In this document: one piece after another, positions 1-10,885 of the stretch | Layout of the letters: the number at the start of each line of letters is the position of its first letter | How positions within the stretch are numbered: the first letter of the stretch is position 1 | Assembly (NCBI GenBank): GCA_964016885.1 | Contig: OZ024750.1 | Location: forward strand, 4,278,001 to 4,342,000 | Source: Eledone cirrhosa | Lineage: Eukaryota | Direction: 5' to 3' | Length of the DNA stretch: 64,000 nucleotides | The notes under the pieces: model-generated | What the model was told of the DNA's origin: nothing | Databases searched by the model: none | The model's input: only the letters and a program-made list of their open reading frames with translations | Program-made: the position numbers and the translations under genes

Positions 1-89
1 CCCCCAAAAATGTATACGCACTTTGATTACCTGTACAGGCAATATTTATTAGGATGCACAACCTTTGTGTATACATTTTTGGGACAGCC

Positions 90-91
<2 letters not shown>
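1..91. mobile_element. Tc1/mariner-like MITE, left end cut by the window edge
   Basis: CCCAAAAATGTATACGCA at 3-20 is inverted against TGTGTATACATTTTTGGG near 66-83; right terminus reads (A)CAGGCTGTCCC on the minus strand, a Tc1/mariner-like TIR start. Confidence 0.5.
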
Positions 92-174
<83 letters not shown>

Positions 175-429
175 TCATTCTATTACAATTTTCTTTTACA
201 CAATTTTACAAAAGCTTCGATTTTATTTTCCACACACTTGGGAACAACGGAATTTCACTTTTGAAACACTTAGGCACTCCAGAATACTCAGGGACAGTGT
301 TCCGCATGTGAAGTGGGATTAAATCCCTGGTTCCCTTTATATATGAGCTATCTCTGTTAAACCCACCCAAGGAACATGTGATGATGTCGAATAGAGCTAC
401 AGATTAAGTCTATCAAACGAGAAGTCTAA

Positions 430-574
430 TAAAGGTTTCTGACTTAGGCACGAGACCAGCAATTTCAGGGGAGGGGAAAGTCGATTAAATTGACCCCAGT
501 GTATTACTGGTACTATATTTTATCGACCCCGTAAGGATGAAAGGCAAAGCTAACCTCGGCGGGATTTGAACTCG
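430..574 (-). mobile_element. tRNA-derived SINE family A, 5'-truncated
   Basis: Shares the core GAGTTCAAATCCCGCCGAGGTTAGCTTTGCCTTTCATCCTTACGGGGTCGATAAAATAxxGTACCAGTAAT (read on minus) with about 25 copies in the window; the central part resembles the Meta-type SINE domain (from memory). Confidence 0.85.
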
Positions 575-899
575 CAAAAGATGCTTGGTGTCATGTGGTT
601 ATCAGTGGAACACCCCTGATCATAGGTTTGCTCTAACAGGACTGACCTGGGGTTAAACAACAATGATAGTAACAGCTTATAAGATGGTTATTATATATGT
701 CTTTGTTTCTTAGAGTTTATACATACATGCTTAACCGACAAATTATAGACGAGGGGAAATATTAAACCTGTTTCATGCCACAATACCATTATTTTCTCTA
801 CAAAGAATTACTTCTAACAGATACATGGTCGCAGTCTTATAAATTTATCTCTTAAAGTGTCGGACAAGTGAAATTAACTAACGTTATCAATTTCTATTC

Positions 900-976
900 T
901 AATTACCCAGTGCAATAAAGTACCAGTAATGCACTGGGTAATTGCTGGCCTTGTGCCTAAAGTAGAAACAGTTATC
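900..976 (+). mobile_element. SINE family A 3' fragment with a short local inversion
   Basis: AATAAAGTACCAGTAATGCACTGGGTAATTGCTGGCCTTGTGCC preceded by its own inverted AATTACCCAGTGCA. Confidence 0.7.
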
Positions 977-1050
977 AATATCTATTCTCAGAGCTGCACG
1001 GAAACTTTTTTTTTTTTAAAAATTCTTTATTATTGGTGACACTGAGAAAA

Positions 1051-1243
1051 GGCGGTGGTTTAGCAACATCGGTAGAGCGTCGGGCGACATGCCTTGTGAC
1101 ATATAAATCCCGTCGAGGTTAGCTTTGCCTTTCATTCTTACAGGGATCGATAAAATAAAGTACCAGTAACGCACTGGGGTTGATTTAATCGACTTTCCCC
1201 TCCCCAATTGTTGGTCTTGTGTCTAAATCAGAAACTCTTATTA
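1051..1243 (+). mobile_element. SINE family A
   Basis: GGCGGTGG head with A-box-like motif, family core and 3' tail. Confidence 0.85.
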
Positions 1244-1425
1244 ATGATCCTGTAAAGACCAGAGTCACCTCCCCCCCCTTTCTCTCTGTTTTCTAAATTT
1301 CAAATAAAATACTGAAGCGAAAGTATACAATTACATTGGAAGTGTTGAGTGAAATCCCGTGTTTTCTAAATGACACAGAGGACTGGGAAACTGATTGTTT
1401 GGTATGTAAGCCTGGCATATATTCC

Positions 1426-1652
1426 TAGGCCCGTCGCCAGGCTTTGGTGCTCGGGGGTGACGGGACGGGGGTAGGGAAACGCGGGACTTAAAATATTCTT
1501 GATGGGTACTCTATCTTAAGGAACGTATTTCGGGACGTTTAAAAAATTTTTTTTTATAAACTATATTTTCTAAACCTGGGAGTGAACCATTGATAAGTGG
1601 CGGGGGGGGGGGGGTGTACTATCTAGTGACGCTCTTAGTGGCGACAGACCCA
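1426..1652. mobile_element. possible hAT-like MITE
   Basis: Imperfect terminal inverted repeats TAGGCCCGTCGCCA ... TGGCGACAGACCCA with G-rich subtermini; no clean 8-bp TSD. Confidence 0.4.
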
Positions 1653-1842
1653 CATATGCTTCCGTCCCGAATAAATGTGCCATTTATTTGCTAAGTCCTT
1701 AACTCAGACATTAACAAAAGAGACATTCCACGAGAAAGATGGTCAATCATATTAACAGTTTTTGTTTTCTTTTAATTTCATTAATCTTTTTGTAAAATAT
1801 GGCTGCAAAATAAAATAAAGTATCTGCATTGTTTCTTTCTCG

Positions 1843-2035
1843 GGCGGTGGATTGGCAGTATCGGTAGAGAGTCGGACGCCATGCTTTGAAGCATAGAGTC
1901 ACGTCCCTTTACGGTCTGAGTTCAAATCTCGCCAAGGTTAACTTTGCCTTTCATTTTTGCGGGGGTCGATAAATTAAAGTACCAGTAATGCACTGGGATA
2001 ATTGCTGGCCTTGTTCCAAAAGTAGAAACAGTTAT
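1843..2035 (+). mobile_element. SINE family A, full length
   Basis: A box TGGCAGTATCGG, B box GAGTTCAAATCTC, core, tail TTGCTGGCCTTGTTCCAAAAGTAGAAACAGTTATT. Confidence 0.9.
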
Positions 2036-2129
2036 TTCTTTCTAGGGACTATGTTGACAAATAAACCTCATTTGGTCATTCCATGAGAGTATCTTGGTCA
2101 GACTATGAACTTTTCAGCCGACTCTCGTA
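2036..2129 (-). mobile_element. mariner-like MITE family M, fragment
   Basis: Reverse complement of the 8557 and 41330 copies; ends in CTCGTA. Confidence 0.7.
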
Positions 2130-4261
2130 CATGTTAGTATCTTTCCGTATTTCAGTTTCTGTCATTACATTTTCAAACGTATTTCTTCCTTTTTTAAAGA
2201 AAACAGTAGGCGAGATTTAAAAATTTGACTGCTATTTCTAGCAGCTCATGTGAACATGTAACCGCTTCTTCGTTGGGTTGTCTCTAACACATAAATGAAT
2301 AGTATTAGAGATAAACAAAGTTATTCAATCATTTGAAATACAATATTTCCTATCTGAGGAAGGGATATTGATAAGTATGTATCTTTTGTTTGACTTAGAG
2401 GAGAGATATTGTGTAAGGAAGAAGTCACAGTTCATGTGATACTCAAGTAGAGAGCACTGAGTCAAGATGTTCTTAAATTTCAGACATGATCCGCATACAA
2501 CAAAATGGCCGCCATTAAAATGTACTCAAGGACCAGATGATTATTTTTGCCAAGTGACAAGCTACTTTCGGGTCTCGAATAATCTCACCCCACCTTAAAT
2601 AACATATGGATATACATACATTTTATTAACAGGTTCAATCCCTTATTGTTAAATACTTCTAATTACAAACAATTATATTATAGAAAATTTATTCCATTAC
2701 GTGGAATAAAGAAAATATTAGTCACTTTTGAAGAAGCAAAAAGATATTTGTTTTTGTAGAGGGTAGATAAAAATGTAAAAGTTGATTTTAATGTTTTCTC
2801 AGGGACTTTAAAGTACAAATATTACATTTCTTCAAGCTAGAATCGAGACTGCATCGCAGACTTTGTCTCAGCAGGGAGCTTAACTTGTGATACAGCACTA
2901 GTGAGTAAATATTTAAGCAGACTGAAGATTTCTAATTGTTGTATAACCCCAGATAGTCCCACCCAACAGCTCAAGCTGATCGATTGGGCTCCTTTTAACT
3001 CCATAATTAGGTTTTTAATTTTCAACTACATTTTTCTTTCAGCATAACTGTGTAAATTCACCATGTCTTCCTTAAAGTCTTTTATGCCGCCCATGGTTAC
3101 CCCAAGTTGCGACGGTAGGGTCTCTTTCGTTCACACATTCTTTAGTAAATCTTGAAAATCCATTGTCATCCCTTTATTTGGAGCATTTACACTTATTTCA
3201 AAAAACTACAGTCTACCTTTTCAAGGGTGTTTAAAAATAAAATAAAAATGATTTACGCTACAAAAGTTTTTGTGTAAAAGGTTTTGCTGTAAAAGTTTTT
3301 GTGTAAAAGGTTTTGCTTCAACAATTATCTAAAGGGCTCCATGAATCCCCAATCAATCATCTTTAGGCCCGATGGAGTGGGATATTCTAAATGAAATTAC
3401 ATATAAAATACATATAAAATGCCTCTCTCGTTGACTGGTGTGTACGTTTCAATCGGCTGCGAATTTATCTATGGCTAATCTTAATAGCTGGGAGAGGGAT
3501 GGGCTCTGCCAGGTCAGACCTGGAGAGGGATGGGCTCTGCCAGGCTTAAAATGGCCAAGAAACCCATACAGTGCCTCTACGACTCTATCGGGATTTACGG
3601 GACCACACAATCGCAATAGCACAAATTCCAACAATTTCAAATTTCATTTCGACAAATTCCTTTGAAATCATTTGGACAGACCAGCTGAATCTAGTTAGGG
3701 TTCCTCTAAATAATTCCTTGCTTGAATGGCTGATGGTAATCAATTGAAATTAATAGGAGACCCACACCTCCGCTAAATAAAAGAAACAAAACAACAGACA
3801 AAAAGATAAAAACAAATACGAAAAACAAAAAAGACCACAGAACGAAGTGAAGAATAGAAAGGAGGTGGGGGGTGGGGGTGAGGTGACCGTAATGTAAGAT
3901 ATGTCTTCCCACAAAGCGGTGTGTGTGTATGTGTGTGAGTGTGTGTGTAGAAGAGTGTGTATGCGTGTGTGTGTGTGAGTGAGTCTCTGTGTGTGTATGT
4001 ATGTGTGAGTGTGTGTGTAAGAGTGTATATGGGTGTATGTGTGAGCGTGTGTATGTATGTGTGTGAGTGTGTGTATGTGTATGTATGTGTGTATGTATAT
4101 GTATGTGTGTGTGTATGTGTGTATGTGTATAAGTGTTAAACTATTTAATGTAGGAAGCATTAAACATAACTAAAAATACGTAAACTGAGAACTAATAAAA
4201 GCCAAAACACAATACCAGTCACACTACCGCGTTAATTTTTAGGGATAGTACGGAAGATAAC

Positions 4262-4300
4262 TGCGGATACGTTTCGCTCTTATTCTGAACTCATCGGCAA
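4262..4300 (-). ncRNA. degenerate hammerhead ribozyme-like core
   Basis: Minus strand CCGATGA-GTTC-AGAATAA-GAGC-GAAAC-GTA; U4 is mutated to C and stem I is not formed, so probably inactive. Confidence 0.3.
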
Positions 4301-4656
4301 AGCATTGACTCCGTCATACTTGCTGAAGATAGTTTCATTAAATAAATGTACAAAATCATACATTGTTTGTTGTAGGAAACAATGTATGATTTTGTGTTAA
4401 CGTTTTTAAGGAAGGGTGTATAGAGAAGTTAAAATATTTATTCTTTGTACAAAATGATCTTCCTGCATCAATATATAATATAGTTAGCTTTTGAATGCTC
4501 TCTGCATTAAATCCGTTAATATTATCTTAATTATTGATCTTCATGCGGATGGTGCTTCTGAATTATTTATTCCTATCCAATTATCCAATTATATTAATAT
4601 CACTATCTACATCCTCTACAAGATCTATAATGCCAATATCCCCAGTTAACCTCTCG

Positions 4657-4778
4657 TAGTCACCTGCAATCAGGACCTTTGTGAGGAGGGTGTCCAGTCA
4701 CCTGCATCCAGGACCTTTGAGAGGAGGCTGTCAAGTCACCTGCAGCCAGGACCTTTGAGAGGAGGCTGTCCAGTCAGT
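4657..4778 (+). repeat. about 39-bp tandem repeat, 3 copies
   Basis: AGTCACCTGCAxxCAGGACCTTTGxGAGGAGGxTGTC repeated. Confidence 0.85.
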
Positions 4779-4799
4779 ACTTTGTTCCGAGGCTCGAGA

Positions 4800-5235
4800 G
4801 CTAATAAGGTTTCACAGCAACCATGCAACATCCATTTTGAGAAAAATCTTTGCCTGCTCTTCGGGCCACAAAGTGGTCTTGTACCATCTTGCAAAATTTT
4901 CTCTTGGAGGCCCAGCTTGCAACTGCCCTAACAAAACTCATCCCTAAATACCTCCACCAGCTCTTCTTATCCTCGATAACAGCACTCCAATCATACATCC
5001 ATGACACTAACCACACGTCTCGTCTCTTCAATGTCTCCCAGGTCCCTAACAGCTCCTTTGATTAGGGATGTTAACTCTCTATGCTGTCAACTGCCACGAC
5101 TATGGACTGCTAGCCATCAAATTCTTTCTTGACTGTCTCTCTATACTTAATCAGAGATCAGAGAGTCGGAACAAATGCCACAGATCATCCTACCCGACAT
5201 CTTAACCACTCTGCCACTTCGCCGCCTTAAAACAA
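4800..5235 (+). pseudogene. decayed Penelope-like element reverse transcriptase fragment
   Basis: Frameshifted motifs ACNCP..TKLIPKYL, LQSYIHDTNH and DVNSLY...HDYGLLAIKFFLD match the PLE RT motif order (ACSCPTELISKYL / SYIKDTNHF / DVxSLYTxIPHxxGLxAxxFFL). Confidence 0.7.
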
Positions 5236-5267
5236 TGATAAAAGGTTTTAATATAAGGATAAACAAG

Positions 5268-5430
5268 GGTATTGAATTAGCAGTATCGGTGGTGGTGGGG
5301 CGTCGGACAAAAACTTTGTGGCATAGAGTTACGTCCCTTTGCGATCTGAGTTCAAATCCTGCCGAGGTTAAGCTTTACTTTTCATCCTTACGGGGTCGAT
5401 AAAATAAAATACCGGTAATGCACTGGGGTA
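5268..5430 (+). mobile_element. SINE family A
   Basis: B box GAGTTCAAATCC plus family core, ending at CACTGGGG. Confidence 0.85.
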
Positions 5431-5477
5431 TATGTTAATCTGTAATAGTGACAGTACAAACACTCAGCAATTGAACT

Positions 5478-6598
5478 GTGTATATATGTATATATGTGTA
5501 TATGTGTATATTTGAGTGTGTATATATGTATATATGTATATATGTGAGTGTGCGAGTGTGTATATATGTATATATGTGTATATGTGTATATGTGTATATG
5601 TGAGTGTGTATATATGTATATATGTATATATGTGTATATGTGTATATGTGTATATGTGAGTGTGTATATATGTATATATGTATATATGTGAGTGTGTGAG
5701 TGTGTATATATGTATAGATGTGTATATGTATATATGTGAGTGTGTATATATGTATATATGTATATATGTGTATATGTGAGTGTGTATATGTGAGTGTGAA
5801 TGCGTGTATATATGTATATATGTGAGTGTGTATGTGTGTATATATGTATATATGTGAGTGTGTATGTGTGTATATATGTATATATGTGAGTGTGTATGTG
5901 TGTATATATGTATATATGTATATATGTGTATATGTGAGTGTGTGTATATATGTATATATGTATATATGTGTATATGTGTATATGTGAGTGCGTATATATG
6001 TGTATATATGTATATATGTGTTTATATGTATATATGTGTATATGTGAGAGTGTATATGTGTATATATGTATATATGTGAGTGTGTATGTGTGTATATATG
6101 TATATATGTGAGTGTGTATGTGTGTATATATTTATATATGTATATATGTGTATATGTGAGTGTGTGTATATATGTATATATGTATATATGTGTATATGTG
6201 TATATGTGAGTGCGTATATATGTGTATATATGTATATATGTGTATATGTGAGTGCGTATATATGTGTATATATGTATATATGTGTATATATGTATATATA
6301 TGTGTATATATGTATATATGTGTATATGTGAGTGCGTATATATGTGTATATATGTATATATGTGTATATATGTATATATATGTGTATATATGTATATATG
6401 TGTATATGTGAGTGCGTATATATGTGTATATATGTATATATGTGTATATATGTATATATATGTGTATATATGTATATATATGTATATGTGAGTGCGTATA
6501 TATGTGTATATATGTATATATGTGTATATATGTATATATATGTGTATATATGTATATATGTGTATATGTGAGTGTGTATATATGTGTATATGTGTGGC
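5478..6598. repeat. 1.1 kb compound TA/TG simple repeat with an 80-bp higher-order period at about 6240-6570
   Basis: Seen directly; GAGTGCGTA recurs every 80 bp (about 6250, 6330, 6410, 6490). Confidence 0.95.
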
Positions 6599-7009
6599 TA
6601 TGTTAATCTGTAATAGTGACATACAAACACTCGGCAATTGAACTCAATGGCAAACATGGCCGGGAAGAAGAAGAAGCCAAGCTGAAGATGAAAACCAATT
6701 CATATGTTTTCCAAATATCTTCTATTCCAGTAGCTAACAGCAAACATGAAGCCAAATTAGTGAACATATATAAAGTCTCTTTATCACTCTTTTCTTATTT
6801 GCCCTTTCTCCCCCCCCCCCCCCAACACCCTCCCATACTTCCTCATTAAGTTAGATATTCAACTATCAGCTCCTACACTCTTATTAAGTCTCTATATCAG
6901 TCTCTGGTCACTCTGCTCTGTATATATTACTGTGTGTCAGATCTTCCTCTTACTTCCCTCAATACGTTATAGGCAGAGGCATATATATATACGCAAATAT
7001 AGAAATAAT

Positions 7010-7040
<31 letters not shown>

Positions 7041-7071
7041 CATGAACAAACTATACTCATGCACGACGTTG

Positions 7072-7103
<32 letters not shown>

Positions 7104-7105
<2 letters not shown>

Positions 7106-7298
7106 CAAAGGAATTGTGGTAAGAAACCAGATGGACCATAACGCACCAGAGTACTCAATACTTAGGGTAGTAGAGTGGGTAATAGGAAAAAGTATGACCC
7201 CCGACGGCAGAGCTGAAGCCGTTTCGACGGCTATTTCTGTCCAGAAATAGCCGTCGAAACGGCTTGAGCTCTGCCGTCGGGGTCATACTTTTTCCTAT
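7104..7298 (-). mobile_element. fold-back element family P1 (PLE terminus-like) in (TA)n
   Basis: Palindrome arms 7182-7238 and 7243-7298, loop GTCC, plus a unique tail 7104-7181; copies at 30947 and 44357; (TA)n on both sides. Confidence 0.75.
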
Positions 7299-7774
7299 AT
7301 ATATATATATATATTGGTGTGCGTGTGTGTGATAATTGTAGCCTCTTGGTAAAGCAGCAGCAACAACAACAACAACAACAACACACATTCATATATTGGC
7401 GCCCTTATGAACATCAACACATCAAATGTTAGAGTGAACCACAGATTAAAAATAGTCACCCAGTCTTTTTTCCTCTCTCTATCTTTCTCTCTCTCTATCT
7501 TTCTCTCTCTCTATCTTTCTCTCTATCTCTCGTGTTGTTCTGTATGTGCACACACACTCACACACACACACACACTCACGCGCGCACACACACACACACA
7601 CATACACACACACACACACATACACACACATACACACACACGCCTGTATTAAACTACTCACACGATGTTTTCTATGCCAAAACGTGGCTCATGCTGGAGA
7701 GAGATAGAGATAGATAAATAGAGAGAGAGAGAGAGAGAGAGAGAATGAGAGAGATTGAGGGAGAGAGAGGGAGG

Positions 7775-7812
<38 letters not shown>

Positions 7813-7879
7813 CAAAGACAGAAAGAGAGAATATATATGTATATATATGCATATATATATATGTGTCTGTGTGTGCATA

Positions 7880-7988
<109 letters not shown>

Positions 7989-8556
7989 GTACATAATATA
8001 AGTATATATATATATATATATATGTATATATGTACGTGCGTGTGTAGAGAGAGGAAGAGAGCTGCTCAAATTATCTATTGATGTGCAAAACTTTCCTGGG
8101 AGTAGTCGCTTCATTAATTTTCCCATCTGGAAGTCATTCATTTTAGAATCTTAAATTTTAATAATTTTCCACGACCTATCATTAAAACGAACAAAAAAAA
8201 ACCCAAAAAACATCAACAACAACAACAAAAAAAAAGAAAAAGAAAAGAAAAGAAAGAAAGAATGAAAGAAAGAACGTTAAAAATCTGACAGAAATTTAAC
8301 GGTAAATTGACCAAAATAAAAGCGAAACGAACATTAAATAGATTCGTCAGTTATACAAGTGACAGGAAAAATCACGTAACAGCAATTTTACAACTGTTCG
8401 TTGATAAATTTTCAAGTAAATAACGTTAGTTTTACAAAAGATTTGCTATGGTTGTCAGTACTACTAAGTTCCTGGTACAGGTTGGATTCATGGGTGGCAT
8501 CATTACACCTCACTTAACTGTGGTTAATTGTTGTTAATAGAGGAAAGTAATAAATG

Positions 8557-8845
8557 TACGAGGGTAGATTGTAAAGTTCATAGGCTGAACCAAGATACGC
8601 TCATGGAATGACCAAATGAGGTTTATTTTTCCAACATAGTCCCTGGAAAGAAACACTGACCAAGATACTCTCATGGAATGACCAAATGAGGTTTATTTTT
8701 CCAACATAGTCCCTGGAAAGAAACAATGTAGTTATTAATTAGAAAAAGTTGAAAATAATGCATGCAAGATTTCACAGCTCTAGCATCACTACAATATACG
8801 ATGTTCAGCTGAAATGTTCATAGGCTGACCAAGATATTCTCATAG
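8557..8845 (+). mobile_element. mariner-like MITE family M with an internal tandem duplication
   Basis: Begins TACGAGGGTAG..AAAGTTCATAGG; about 69-bp block CCAAGATACxCTCATGGAATGACC...GGAAAGAAACA present twice. Confidence 0.7.
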
Positions 8846-8849
8846 TAAT

Positions 8850-9027
8850 AATAATAATTGTTTCTACTTTTGGCACAAGGCCAGCAATTACCCAGTACAT
8901 TACTGGTACTTTATTTTATCGACCCCGTAAGGATGAAAGGCAAAGTTAACCTCGGCGGGATTTGAACTCATGACATAAAGGGCCATAACTCTATGCTGCA
9001 AAGCATGGTGTCTGATGCTCTACCAAT
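8850..9027 (-). mobile_element. SINE family A
   Basis: Near full-length reverse-complement match to the family. Confidence 0.9.
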
Positions 9028-9342
9028 AGTAAAGTAAATAAATGAAAGAAGAAAAAAGGATATGAAACTATACACGTAAACTCCAATCTTTCACGTTTTT
9101 TATTTTATAATTTCCGTTATATACCCCCAGGAAAGTTTCCTTTTCTTGGAAGGAAACAGAAACCAGAAGATTCAAACCCTCAAATATTTGATGCGCTAAA
9201 ATCAAATATTTTTTTACAGCAAATATATTTAATTTATATTTAGGCAGTGTTGAAGTTAATAGAACTATCAATGGTGTCTTTTGAAACGGAAATATCTGAT
9301 ACACTTCAAAGTCTTCGTTTTAAGGTATCACCGGATGAGTTA

Positions 9343-9741
9343 TGGTTTCTTATCTAGGCACATGGCCAGCAATTTTGGTGGAAGGAAAAGTCGATTAAAT
9401 CGGCCCCAGTGCGTGACGGGTACTTTATATTATCGACCCTTTTAAGGATGAAACGCAAAGCTAACCTCGGCGTCATTTGAGCTCAGAACGCAAAGAGCCA
9501 TGACTCTATGCCACTAAGCTTGTTGTCCGATGCTCTACCGATTTTACCAATCATAATAATTGTTTCTACTTTTGGCTCAAGGCCAGCAATTACCCCAGTG
9601 CATAACTGATACTTTATTTTATCGACCCCCGTAAGGATGAAAGGAAAAGTCAACCTCGGCCGGATTTGAATTCAGATCATAAAGGGCCATAACTCTATGC
9701 TGCAAAGCAGGGCGTCCGACCCTCTACCGATACTGCCAAAT
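9343..9741 (-). mobile_element. two tandem SINE family A copies (about 9343-9550 and 9553-9741)
   Basis: Two consecutive family cores in the same orientation. Confidence 0.9.
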
Positions 9742-10810
9742 GATAATACATTGAAGACATAAAAAAAATGACTGAAACATATATCACTGTAAATAAGAAG
9801 GAAGATCAAAGAATTATGCTGAAGAAATTATACAACAACAACAACAACAACAGCAACAACAACAACAACAACAATGGTAATAATGGGTTCAATTTTAAAA
9901 TCCGATGTACGGTTTATGAGGGTGGAGGCAGTGGTATTATTGAAGTTAAAAAAAAAACAAAAACAAAAAAAAATATCGTTGAGATAAAAATAAAGAACTC
10001 CTAGAATTTCCCCCAAGACGGCCAATAAAACGTCAGTAGCGAAACATTATAGCTAGAGCTCTTTTACCGAATGTTCTCTCAAACTGTTTGGCTTCTTTCA
10101 GATGTTTGTTGTTGTGTTAAAAGCTTGTCTTTATAATAATAGAATGGTTAATTTTCCGGAATCCTTATAATGCAAAGTGAAAAAAAAAAAAAAATAGTAA
10201 TAATAATAAAAATAAAGTGAATTGAAAAACTTATAAGTGACAACCTGAATTACGAAGTAACATTTAAATTTCATCTGTAAAAATTTTCGTTCCTTTTCTC
10301 TTTTTTATTTGATTCCATTGATAAATTCATGTAAATTATTATATAGTTCTTCTTAAAACAATCAACAGAATACAATAGGTTTGATTTTCAAATTCTATTT
10401 TCTGAAAAAGTTACCTTTGTGTAACAATACAATATTTTAGAAATAGCAGCTTTTTTTTTTCTCCTTCCTGGCCGTTTTCTTTTAATCTTATATAATTAAT
10501 ATGAAAAGATTTCAGTTTGTATTAAAGGCAAACACTGCTTAAGTGGACGATTTAATTTTAGAATAATTATGAAATATTTTATTTCAACGAAAAAGGAAAG
10601 TTTAGGCTGCTTATTTTCTCACGATTCTATATCTATTGTTGTCAAAAATCGCTACACACACACACAGAGACAGAGACAGACACACACACGTACTGACAGA
10701 GACACAAACACACACACGTACTGACAGAGACACAAACACACACACATACACATCTGACTTGGTTGTGTGCTTAAGGAGTTCACTTCGCAGCTATGTGGGT
10801 CCGAGTTCAG

Positions 10811-10885
<75 letters not shown>

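Noticed and set aside
1843-1935. Functional tRNA genes at SINE heads
   Set aside because: A and B boxes are present but there is no cloverleaf, and they continue into the SINE body.
2837-3700. Gene or viral/transposon ORF with upstream direct repeats
   Set aside because: Coding-like texture and short direct repeats, but stops interrupt the frames I read and no motif was recognisable.
5435-6637. YI/HT/CV-rich ORFs here and throughout the window
   Set aside because: Translations of TA, CA and TG microsatellites.
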